From a virus, in IMG/VR virus record IMGVR_UViG_3300027974_001900, positions 53,361-117,360 of that record: 64,000 nucleotides of DNA, one strand, 5' to 3'. Position numbers and translations under genes: made by a program. Of this stretch, positions 40,918 to 50,500 are shown one piece after another; position 1 is the first letter of the stretch, and each line of letters opens with the position of its first letter. The notes under the pieces were generated by a model. That model was not told where the DNA came from and ran no database searches. It saw nothing but the letters and a program-made list of their open reading frames with translations.

Positions 40918-42438
40918 TATTTAACCTCATTTAGAGTCCAGCGACTATATTGTTTTCTATTTTCCCAAGACCCTCTTTCTTCATAAATCTTGGTCATTAG
41001 TTCTACCCATTTATTTTGGTAGTCAGCAAATCCATAGTGTTTTAAAGCGTGCTCCCTGCCCTTCAGACCGATCTTTTTTCTATCAGTGTGTGAAAGTGTG
41101 TGCATTTTTTCAAGCGCTTGTATAAAGTCTTTACCAGAGACTTTGTCTTCATAAATGTATGGAACTTCTTGTGAACCAATAACATATTGGGCTGCTGGCT
41201 CAATCATTACGCCAAACGTGTCTTCTCCATCTGTAACTTGCTCTTGCAAACCACCAGTTCTTGGAACGATGATTGGTGTTCCGCAATTTAGAGATTCAAG
41301 GGTTGAAAGACCAAACCCTTCCGCATCAGAAGCAGATACAGTTACGTCTGCCATATTATACATTAATCTTAAATGTTCTGGTGGCACTCCTTGATTTGAA
41401 AACAATACTCTACCGTCATCTAATCCACACTCTTTAATAATTGCTTCAAGATCTGGTCCATTAGGATCTTTTGGATTTGTATGCATCAAAAGAACTGCTT
41501 TATCATTTCCTACTCGATCCAAAAACTCTTTAAACCACCAAATGATTGCTCCTGGTTGTTTACGACGAGCATTTCTACTATTCCAAAAAACAAGCATTGT
41601 ATCATCTTTCATATTTGGAAAATGTGCTTTTCTTGCTTTTTTAACTTCATCTTCTGGAAGTGGGAAGAACTGATCTTCTGGAATTGCATGTGGAATGTAA
41701 TGACATTCAATTTCTGGCGATACTGTTCTCACAATGTCATCTGTAACCTTACTGATTGTAGCAATTACATCATTAGAATCATAGAATGGTTTATTAAACT
41801 TTGGATAAGGATAATTATCCCAAACGTGGTAGTAAACCATTGGAACTAAAGGACGAATTTCGTTTGCAATGCTCCATAGCCATCCATAAAATCTTGGATC
41901 TGTCATAAACCAAAGAATATCTGGTTTTTCTGATCTAATAATTGATCGAATGATATTTGGATCGCCAAACCCATCTACAGGAAAAATAGTCCAATCTTCT
42001 TTCCACTCTTCTGTTCTAACTGGTTGATAATTTTGATGCTTGATTGCACCACCTAAAGAAATTACTTGAAATTTTCCTGACTTAAGTAATCCTTCAATAA
42101 AATACTTCGTTTGAGTTGCAACACCGCTTGGCATTACCTAAAAAGTGGACTATATCATCATGAGTAAATCATGTTGGGCGCTGTCGGATCATTACCGTGC
42201 TCTTTTTAGAGTTTAGGCTAACCGTAGTCTCTGAACCTTCACCAGTATTTCTACACAGATGCTTGGCTGCTGATTGTTACAATACTTATGCTTTTCGAGC
42301 ATTCACACTTGCCGTTTCCCGCTATGTTGTAGCGCATAAGTTAGATAATGTTCCAGCAATTCACCCAATTTTATATCCGCCAATGCTTCAAGCTAACGGA
42401 TGGTCTGAGATCGTCAGAACCTTAATTTTTTTCTCCAT
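40917..42438 (-). CDS. GT4 glycosyltransferase split by a group I intron; predicted join(42396..42438, 40917..42136), 420 aa
   Basis: Exon 1 MEKKIKVLTISDHP + T joins exon 2 TA-ATG-CCA in frame to give ...SDHPLMPSGVATQ, restoring the first Rossmann strand; 'RRKQPG' and 'EGFGLSTLESLNCGTP' are GT4 motifs. Confidence 0.85.
42137..42395 (-). ncRNA. Group I self-splicing intron (IA-like, ORF-less, 259 nt)
   Basis: P AATTGCTGGAA (42351-42361), Q AATCAGCAGCC (42265-42275), R GTTCAGAGACTA (42225-42236), S GATGATATAGTCC (42147-42159); P3 TTGGGTG/CGCCCAA; P8 CATGA/TCATG; IGS GCAUUGGCGGAU (42375-42386) pairs with exon 1 AUCCGU (terminal U.G) and exon 2 UAAUGC; ends in G. Confidence 0.9.
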
Positions 42439-43312
42439 ATACACACTCTCTTAGACTGTTTAGTGTTTGTTCGCTGTCTGTTTTATAGTCGTGCTCCCAA
42501 ACAACTACGACTTTATATCCAAGACCTTCTAGGAAGGTTTTTCTATCGCTATCATAACTCCAAATTTGCTCCGCTTTAAGTTTTTTCTTCTTATTAAAAT
42601 AATTTTTTTCATAAAATCTTGGGTCGCAGTGCCAATATGTTCCGTTGAATTCTATTGCCAAATTAATTTCTTTTATAAGAATGTCAACCTTATATTTTTT
42701 TCTAGATTTCTCAATTGCAAAATCAGAAAAAACAGTAAATTCTTTATAATTGGTTTGTATAAATTCTAATATCTCCCTCTGGGGTTTGCTCAGAGATGTG
42801 TGTTTTGCGAGCATATAAGCATTTGATACTCCGTATTTTTTGAGCATCGTTCTTTTCGCTTTTTGTCTCCAAGATTTAGATTTATTTTTATTTATTATAA
42901 AAGGATTATTTTTGCTTATTTTTCCCTTAGAAAATTCTGTTTTACACTTACGACTACAACATTTAGGCTCTTTTCTTCTGCCTTCTGTATAATAGAATTC
43001 TTTTTGACAGTTATCACAAGTCTTTGTCTTTCCACGCTTTTGCTGATTTTTGAGTCTCCAATTGTCATATGTGCCGTCTTTTATATAAGATTTTGATGCA
43101 CAAGAACGGCTACAAAAACCATTTCTTTCGTCTTTTCGAAAGTAAGATTTATTACAAAATTTACAAAATCGTTCTATGGAAAGTTTCTCATCTAATTTTT
43201 TCTTATATGCTAGACGGTATTTTTTTCTACATTCTTCAGAACAACTTTTGGTAGAATGATTTTCAGATTGAAACTCTACGCTACAATTATTACATATTTT
43301 TGTATATTTCAT
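42422..43312 (-). mobile_element. Free-standing homing endonuclease (Vsr/DUF559, EDxHD-like nuclease with Cys-rich DNA-binding repeats)
   Basis: Three CxxC...CSxxC repeats; 'KRTMLKKYGVSN' module; C-terminal 'VDI...AIEFNGTYWH...GYKVVVVWEHD'; stop overlaps exon 1 of the intron-split gene. Confidence 0.8.
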
Positions 43313-43336
43313 ATAATATATAGTGTGGAGTTACAA

Positions 43337-43675
43337 TTATTTTAAGAGTTCAGCGATCAACTCTTCTTTTTTCATCTTCATTAAATTCTTGTGAGGAATT
43401 CCAAGTGTTGATTTAGACATACTACGAAGTTGGTTAATGTCGAGAGTGTCTAGGTACTCCATCTTCTCTTCTAAATTATCTTCCTGTTTTTCTTCTTCTG
43501 CCAGCGCTTTAAGTGTTTCTTCATGCTCAACGATTACTTTATCAATTTGTCTATGAAGGTTTTTATCATCTTTACTGATTCTTACTCCATAGACTCCTTC
43601 AACATAATCATCTCCACCAATTCTATAAGCCTGTCTTAACTTCATTTTATTCGTAGCCATTTTATTTACTTGCAA
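43337..43675 (-). CDS. Hypothetical protein
   Basis: 112 aa; C-terminal 'QLRSMSK.LGI....MKKEELIAELL' resembles a Rho-N/HeH motif. Confidence 0.55.
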   Translation of the reverse strand: MQVNKMATNKMKLRQAYRIGGDDYVEGVYGVRISKDDKNLHRQIDKVIVEHEETLKALAEEEKQEDNLEEKMEYLDTLDINQLRSMSKSTLGIPHKNLMKMKKEELIAELLK

Positions 43676-44330
43676 TCTCCTCTAGTTGTTTAATTTTGTT
43701 ATATAATTCAGGGCATAATTCTTCTACTAAAGATTGATCACCCATATACAATCTTTCGAACCCTTCAGAGAAGTATTCTCTTAGGGATGTAGCGCTGTAA
43801 GGCGTAACATACATTTGTTCCGTGAAATGAGATAATGTATCATAACCTATTTTTTTATAAAATAATATATCTAAAGCCTTACTATATTCTGTCTTTCTAA
43901 AATATTTATCATCCAAAGTATATTTAGCTGATAACTCATTATAGAGTTGTTTTCTCTTTCTTAAAAACTCTTTCTTTAGCAACCCATCTCCGTAGATCTG
44001 TTCTGAGTAGATTTCTTCTAGTGAGTGAGCAGTTTCGTGGATAATATTCTCAATAATATCCTCTTCATCATCTTGAACATTCGTTAGATAGATTATTTTT
44101 TTATCATAGACAGAGTCTACACTTCTGTTATCAAGCGTATCATACTGCCCGATTGCAATTGCAGAAATATTCTTAAAAAAATAAGCGGGCAGAATATTTC
44201 CTACCCGCTTACATACACTGTCCATATTAATTTTCTTTGTTAAGCCATTTTTAAAATACACGGGTATTCTACCGTGAATCATAAAGTGTGCTTTTGGAGA
44301 TTGTTTAATATATTCTGCTAACTTATCCAT
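43662..44330 (-). CDS. Putative zincin metallopeptidase
   Basis: HExxH 'IHETAH' plus downstream 'REYFSEGF'. Confidence 0.6.
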   Translation of the reverse strand: MDKLAEYIKQSPKAHFMIHGRIPVYFKNGLTKKINMDSVCKRVGNILPAYFFKNISAIAIGQYDTLDNRSVDSVYDKKIIYLTNVQDDEEDIIENIIHETAHSLEEIYSEQIYGDGLLKKEFLRKRKQLYNELSAKYTLDDKYFRKTEYSKALDILFYKKIGYDTLSHFTEQMYVTPYSATSLREYFSEGFERLYMGDQSLVEELCPELYNKIKQLEEIASK

Positions 44331-45682
44331 TACAGTAATTTTGCTGCTAGTGTTGCTACCTTGCTTCTTTCGCCCTTGGTTAGACTAACGTGTCCGGTTA
44401 ACTCGCTTTCTTTTAATTTTTCAATTGCATAAGTTAAACCGTTTGTTGTTTCATTTAAATAAGTATTATCAATTTGTTCAACGTCACCTGTTAAAACAAT
44501 TTTTGTGTTTTCACCAACACGAGTTAAGACTGTTTTAATTTCGTGCGTATTCATATTTTGGCATTCATCAATAATAATAAAAGCGTTGTTTAGTGAGCGA
44601 CCACGAATATACGTTAGAGCTTCAACCTGAATGATACCCTTTTCTTTATAATGTTCTAGAGGATCAAGATTCTTAAATGCCTTGTTGCTAAATAGAGTAT
44701 CGAGGTTGTCTTGGATAGGAGCGACCCACGGAGCCATCTTTTCTTCCATAGTTCCTGGTAAGAAGCCAATGTCTTTGCCCATTGGCATTACAGAGCGGGA
44801 CACAATAATCTTCTCGTATTTCTGTCCTTCGTCCTCTCTGTTGATGACGTATTCCAGAGCCGCTGCTATGGCTAGGAGCGTCTTTCCAGTTCCAGCCGAC
44901 CCCATCATAGACACAACTGGCACAGACTCGTCCATGAGGAGATTTAGAGCCATTTGTTGTTCTTTGTTACGAGGAGATAAACCAAAGACCGTTCCTTCCT
45001 TGCTCTTAACAAATTCTTTGACTTTTAGTAGCGGCTTATTAAATGCCACAAATCTTGAAAGACCAGACTTCTTTTCATTAGCTGAGGATACAAGAATTAC
45101 AAATTGATTTGGTTTAAAATCTTTTGTATTCTCATCTTGTTCTAGAAAGATCTGTTCACCAGCGTAGAAGCGATCAATTAGCTGATCGTCTACTACGATT
45201 CTGGATTGTCCTGTATAGATGTCGTTTGCACGCTTGATAACTTGATTCTCTGTATATGCTTCACATTCAAGACCCAAAGCATCGCAGCGAACACGAAGGT
45301 TAATATCAAGTGATACGACAATTACTTTTTTTCCTGGATTATCATTCTTTTCCGACATTGCACAAGCTAGTATGGCATTGTCAGCTTGATTAGGATCAAA
45401 GTCAGGAGGTAGAGTGCTAAGATCAGAAGGTCTTGCTCGTACAATACCAAGTCCCTTATCGATTCGCACACCTTTATTTAGATTTCCTTTCGATCTTAAT
45501 TCGTCAAGAACTCTAATAAAGTTTCTGGCATTCAAGCCTACGCCATCTTGCCTTTTCTTGTGCTTATCTACTTCTTCTAAAACCTTCAGCGGGATTATGA
45601 TATCCCCTGTCCCAAATTTGTAGATTGCTTCGTAATCTGTTAAGTAACAATTCGTATCCAGAACATATATTTTTTTAGACAT
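44330..45682 (-). CDS. phoH: PIN-domain PhoH family protein (PhoH2-type)
   Basis: PIN 'YVLDTN'; Walker A 'GSAGTGKT'; 'IGFLPG', 'YIRGRS', 'IIDECQN', 'GDVEQID'. Confidence 0.92.
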   Translation of the reverse strand: MSKKIYVLDTNCYLTDYEAIYKFGTGDIIIPLKVLEEVDKHKKRQDGVGLNARNFIRVLDELRSKGNLNKGVRIDKGLGIVRARPSDLSTLPPDFDPNQADNAILACAMSEKNDNPGKKVIVVSLDINLRVRCDALGLECEAYTENQVIKRANDIYTGQSRIVVDDQLIDRFYAGEQIFLEQDENTKDFKPNQFVILVSSANEKKSGLSRFVAFNKPLLKVKEFVKSKEGTVFGLSPRNKEQQMALNLLMDESVPVVSMMGSAGTGKTLLAIAAALEYVINREDEGQKYEKIIVSRSVMPMGKDIGFLPGTMEEKMAPWVAPIQDNLDTLFSNKAFKNLDPLEHYKEKGIIQVEALTYIRGRSLNNAFIIIDECQNMNTHEIKTVLTRVGENTKIVLTGDVEQIDNTYLNETTNGLTYAIEKLKESELTGHVSLTKGERSKVATLAAKLL

Positions 45683-45704
45683 TTTTCCCCGCTGTTAGGT
45701 GTAA

Positions 45705-45712
45705 TAAATAGT
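45705..45712 (-). promoter_or_regulatory. Candidate phage promoter element ACTATTTA upstream of phoH
   Basis: Same 8-mer at 61168-61175; variants at 63690-63697 and 43317-43324; all lie in short intergenic gaps before starts. Confidence 0.4.
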
Positions 45713-45718
45713 TAGAAC

Positions 45719-46018
45719 TTACCCATTGTCAGTTTGTTTTGGCATCGTTGCGACTCTTTTGTTATAAGTACCAAGTATTCCATAACCTGCAATATCCTGC
45801 CAAGGATCTTCATTGAATGCACTTTTATCATTAGCAATCCTAAATAGTTTGTCAAGAATTCTTACCACTGCAAGCATATCACCATATTGTTCTGGTTTAA
45901 TACCTTGCGGAAATAATATTCTAAGCATTTCACCAGCATTATCAAATGCTGAACCATAAGCTTGATTTTTCTTATCTACTAGCGCACCAATTTCTTTACC
46001 AATTTGTTCGTAAACCAT
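45719..46018 (-). CDS. DUF1599/nucleotide-modification-associated all-alpha domain protein
   Basis: 'KKNQAYGSAF', 'RILDKLFRI', 'DPWQDIAGYGIL'. Confidence 0.65.
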   Translation of the reverse strand: MVYEQIGKEIGALVDKKNQAYGSAFDNAGEMLRILFPQGIKPEQYGDMLAVVRILDKLFRIANDKSAFNEDPWQDIAGYGILGTYNKRVATMPKQTDNG

Positions 46019-46033
46019 AAATACCTCATAATG

Positions 46034-46057
46034 AAAAAGCCCAACCGAAGCTGGGCC
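46034..46057 (-). terminator. Intrinsic terminator with cUUCGg tetraloop
   Basis: Minus strand GGCCCAGC-TTCG-GTTGGGCT-TTTT, downstream of the lipoprotein gene. Confidence 0.75.
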
Positions 46058-46080
46058 AAAACTTGCGTTTTAATTATTTT

Positions 46081-46290
46081 TTAGTCACCTACGGATGCAT
46101 CAGTTGCAGTAGATGCGTCTGGTGTTGCTACAGTTGCAACATCAACTGCAGAAACATCCTCTGCAACGTCTACTGCATCAATATCCGAAACTACGTCGGT
46201 TGCTACAGTATCGGCTGCTGTAGCCTGTGTGTCTTTGTCGCAAGAGGCAAAGGCAACTAGGGCGGCGCACATAACAAAAAACTTCTTCAT
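46081..46290 (-). CDS. Small acidic lipoprotein
   Basis: 'MKKFFVMCAALVAFAS-C' lipobox-like signal; D/A/T/V-rich mature part; strong AAGGAG SD. Confidence 0.75.
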   Translation of the reverse strand: MKKFFVMCAALVAFASCDKDTQATAADTVATDVVSDIDAVDVAEDVSAVDVATVATPDASTATDASVGD

Positions 46291-46305
46291 TAAAAACTCC
46301 TTTTA

Positions 46306-46491
46306 TTAAACAACTGTGTCATCTTCGGTGGCTTTTTGATTAAACAAACGACCAGTATTTACCGACCATTTGTGTGTCTCTGGCGCACCTCGATTGTCTG
46401 TGAATGAATGATACCAGACCAACCTATTTCCGTCAAGCTGGCATCCTTCAACATTACATAGTGGGCAACGAGTAAATTTCTTCATAATCAA
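46306..46491 (-). CDS. Small hypothetical protein (CxxC)
   Basis: ORF packed within the operon. Confidence 0.5.
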   Translation of the reverse strand: MIMKKFTRCPLCNVEGCQLDGNRLVWYHSFTDNRGAPETHKWSVNTGRLFNQKATEDDTVV

Positions 46492-46661
46492 TCCAACAAT
46501 AAATCTTTTTTCTTTGACTCATTTAGATTCTTTGATTCGTATTCCTTCCATAATTCTTCTTTTTGAAGATCGGCAAGATGTGGATACTTTTTAAAAACTT
46601 CTTGAGTTGTAAGGTTTTCTTCTAACTTGATCTTCTCGATCATTTCAGTAACTTTACCCAT
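46488..46661 (-). CDS. Small hypothetical protein (57 aa, MGKVTEMIEKIK...), not in ORF track
   Basis: Open frame exactly filling the gap between neighbouring genes. Confidence 0.6.
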   Translation of the reverse strand: MGKVTEMIEKIKLEENLTTQEVFKKYPHLADLQKEELWKEYESKNLNESKKKDLLLD

Positions 46662-46663
46662 TT

Positions 46664-46867
46664 TTAGCCCTCTGCAGTCTCTGCAACGCCTTCACCACTG
46701 TCTACGCCGAAGGAAGCTTGGCGAACCTCTTGTAGAGCCTTCTTGGCGTCTTGCAAGGCAACTCTGACTCTACGAGCAGCTGCCTTATTACCGCGATCTG
46801 CCTTCTCGGCATCGCCTTGTAGTGCAGTTAGTTCAGTAACAACTTGAGTTAATCTTTCTAGTAGCAT
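46664..46867 (-). CDS. Hc1-like (histone H1-like) nucleoid protein
   Basis: 'DAEKADRGNKAAARRVRVAL...K...E.R' matches the Hc1 N-terminal domain; strong SD. Confidence 0.7.
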   Translation of the reverse strand: MLLERLTQVVTELTALQGDAEKADRGNKAAARRVRVALQDAKKALQEVRQASFGVDSGEGVAETAEG

Positions 46868-46878
46868 AATTTTCTCCT

Positions 46879-47529
46879 TTAAATAATTTCATCGGCAAAG
46901 CCGCTGTTTATAATTGTCTCAGAATCCATCCATAGATCATGTTTCATCATTTCAAGGATTTCTTCTTCAGAAAGCTTACTTGTTTCCAAATAAACATTTT
47001 TTGCAGTATGCATCAATTTTTCTTGATTTTTAAGCTCATCTTTAAATTCTTCATATTTTCCACCTAACATTGTTGCAGATAGTTGATGAATTAACATAAA
47101 AGAATTTTTGTAAATATATCTCTTCTTACCAGCTAAGAACAAGAATGTTGCAGCAGAAGCAGCACAACCGTCTATATAGGTATGAATTGGTGTCTTACAA
47201 GCTCTAATACAATCGTATGCTGCAATACCAGCAAACAATGAGCCGCCTTCGCTTTGAATATGAAGCTCGATTGGCGGCGGTGGAATATTAAATGTAAGTC
47301 CAATGACCTGCATTTCTTTATCCAGTCTTTTAACTAGTTTATTGAGTTCTAAAACTTCTTTATCGCCTATTTGTGTATAAAAATAAATTTTGTTTTCATC
47401 CTGATCAACTCCAGTTACTAGTCCTGATGATTCGGGATGTGACATATAATAAACTTGTTCTTGGGGAATTTCCGGTTCTTGTTTAACTTCTTCTTTTTTC
47501 TTTTTTGCGTTCCAATAAACGGATCTCAT
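46879..47529 (-). CDS. ClpP-like serine protease
   Basis: 'HIQSEGGSLFAG', nucleophile 'CAASAA', 'FMLIHQ', 'HDLWM'. Confidence 0.85.
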   Translation of the reverse strand: MRSVYWNAKKKKEEVKQEPEIPQEQVYYMSHPESSGLVTGVDQDENKIYFYTQIGDKEVLELNKLVKRLDKEMQVIGLTFNIPPPPIELHIQSEGGSLFAGIAAYDCIRACKTPIHTYIDGCAASAATFLFLAGKKRYIYKNSFMLIHQLSATMLGGKYEEFKDELKNQEKLMHTAKNVYLETSKLSEEEILEMMKHDLWMDSETIINSGFADEII

Positions 47530-47535
47530 TTTACC

Positions 47536-50500
47536 TCATGGTTTGCGTATTTTTCCAGTTCCCTTAAGATTCAAGGAGAATGGTACTTGTTGTGTTCTTC
47601 TAGTAAATTGATACGATAAATTAGCATAATCGTTTATCGTATAGTCTTTATTTAGATTAGAATAAATGCTCGTGGACTGTGTTATTGTAGTTGATGTGAT
47701 CGCTACACTTGCTGTCAGTATACTACCAGATGATAAATTTGTCAATGATGTAAATTTAAGATTTAAGGTAGAACTTGGACCCCATGAAGAAAGTGTTGAA
47801 ACTGTTATATTTTTTGAACCACTTTCTTGGTTTGCCCAGTTAACAGTATAAGGGAAAATATTTGCATAGTCAACCCCTGCTACTGCTGTACTACTTGATG
47901 ATGCATCAACTATTACGGAGGCTGAAACGTCCTTGCCGTTATATCTCTCTACTTGAACATTTATTGCGTCAGGAATTGATACTGCATATGAACTTGTTAC
48001 AAACCTTACAGATCCAGTTATTTCATAATCTAAAATATTTAACTGGAACGAAGAAGTTGGTCCTATTGCCGAGACAGAAGAAGAGTTTATTCCAAAAATA
48101 ATTGTTCTGTCGCCATCTAATAGATTATTGTCATAAACAGATGCAGTTATATATCTTGTATCTTTTGTTTGATCTGCCCATATTATATTAAATGGACTTG
48201 ATTGGGTAATACCATTATAAATTATATCGTATTGTGTTCCTGAGGTTGCTGTTCCACCAATTGTAATAGATGCTGTTTCTGCTTGATCTCCACCGTATAG
48301 TCTATTAACTGCAATATAATAAGAACCAGTATTTTCATAAATTGTTGCAGAACTTCCACTAAATGTTACGGAACCAGTTTCATTGTCTATTATTGTTAAT
48401 ATTAAAGTGCCTTGTGATCCTGTCTTTGCAGTTCCGGCTGTAGTTGTAAGTGAAGAGAAAGTTATATAAACAGGGTCATTTGCTTCATCTATTAAATCAT
48501 CTGTTAACGCATAAACTACTTGTGCCGTTGTTTGACTACCAGAAAAAATAACACTTCCAGCTGATCCTGTTTGTGGAGAAATAGTTCCCGCACTTGAAGA
48601 ATAAAACAAACTCGCTGTTACTGCTCCATAAGAACCACTCGTTCTTAAAACATTTATTGTTGCATTACTGGCAGTTTCATATGCAGATAAAGAAGTTACT
48701 TCCCAATTAAATGTACCAGGCTCTTGATCGACAATAGTGATTGTTGAGCTTGTTATTGCATACGGAAGAAAGCTGCCTGTTGATAATGAATATAAATTTA
48801 TTCCAAAATTTATATTTGATGTTTGTACATTATCATACAAAATAGGTATGCTTGCAGATAATCTGCTAGTATTTCCATCTACCCAAGAAAAAGTTCCTGA
48901 TATTGCTGTGTAATTTGTACCGGAAACCGCTGTTCCGTTTGTTGTAATATAATTTACGGATAGTGGACCATTAGATCCAGATAGACGATCAACATAAACA
49001 GTTACCGAACCAGATGCTTCCCCTGTGTTATATGATGCACTTGTAAATGAAGGATTCCCCTCTTCATAATCTAAAATATTAAGAGTAAAAATGAACGGAG
49101 AAGTTGTTGTTACATTTGTTGAACTTGCCGTTTGAATTATTAAACTAAATGAAGAAGATGTACCTGTATAAGTTGTATTATCTATTATAGATGCTGTAAT
49201 ATACTTTGTAGTTGTATCGCTTGCTGACCAAGATACATACAATGGTAACTGCGCAGAAGAAGAATAAGTTGTACCGCCTAATATTAAATTATAGTTTGTA
49301 CCTAAAACAGCGGTCTGTCCAGATGATCCAGTTGTAAATGATGCTGTTGCAGATTGTCCAACCGAAGCTGTTGCTACTTGTATACTAAACACATAAGACG
49401 ATGTATTTTCATATACAGAAGATGAACTTGTATTAAAAGAAACAACGGCGTTTGATAATACACTTGCGGAATAAGCTAAACTACTATACGCGGTATAGGA
49501 TTGACCAGAACCAGTAGCAGTTAGAAAAACGTTACCACCGCCTGTTACCATTGTTGAGGCAGAGTGAATGTTTCCGTAAGTACCCCAGTCTCTTGTGTTT
49601 AACATAGAACCAGTTTCTTCAAATCTCCAGTTGAAAATAACAGCTCCATTTTTTCCAGAATAATAAGAACCAGTTATTACTTCTGTTGGATCTGACCAGT
49701 TACCTGAATTGAATATTGCAGAGAAAAAGCTTGCATGGTTTGCAGGAGTTGCTGCATCCAAGGTTCCTAAGAAAACATCATCAAAAGAGCCAGACCAGCT
49801 TTGACCTGTGGAAATAACACCAGCCGATCTATATTGACCTAATATAATATTTTGAGAAGAGGTAATATTACCGTGAACAGAGGCAAAGGTCGCAGATGAA
49901 GAAGCAAAGAAAGCACCATCTCTATATGCCGCTACGTTATAACCTGTCGTACTCGTTCTGCGAATTGCCCAACCATAATGGTGCCATTGAGGAACTAGTT
50001 TTGCTGTTGTTGGTGCGCCAGTGCCGCCGCCTTGTAACATGTTGGTGGCAGTAAATAAATTTGCATTACTATTTGAATCTCTATAGACAATTCTTAAATC
50101 TTGCGTAGCACTTACTTTATTAATAACAAGACCCTGATTTCCCGAGCCAGCATCACCAATCGTAATAAGACCTCTTAGCGGATCATCAGAATCATAATCT
50201 GCTCTAGCCCAAAAACCTAAAACTATATCTTTTGAACCAGTAAGAGTACTAGAACCAGTAAACATGCCGGGAGCAAATGTTAAGTATGATTCTTTTGGAA
50301 ACGTAGCTCCATACTGATTTCTTATTACACCAGACGCAGAATCAACAGTTTGTATACCGCTTCCTGTCCAATCTAATTGAAATCCTCCTAAAGTTCCTAC
50401 TGTATTCGTAGAAGTTCTGCTACCAAATCTTATATATGCTCTACCTGCAGAAGCAGTAATAGTTTGAGTACTTAAAGTTCCAGATAAAACAGCTAATAAA

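Noticed and set aside
40917-42134. ORF-track start at ATG 42134 (MPSGV...)
   Set aside because: It lacks the first beta-strand of the GT-B fold; upstream exon 1 plus the intron explains it better
42132-42390. Alternative splice junction GCT|...ATG|CCA (also in frame, giving SDHPLAPSG)
   Set aside because: Less favoured: no U.G wobble at the 5' site and a poorer P10 than CCGU|...AGG|UAAUGC; not fully excluded without RT-PCR
24612-42438. Bacterial O-antigen or capsule locus
   Set aside because: No flippase, polymerase, chain-length or export genes; flanked by co-oriented phage structural and lysis genes
42197-42454. 85-aa plus-strand ORF
   Set aside because: Antisense to the intron core and exon 1; no coding support
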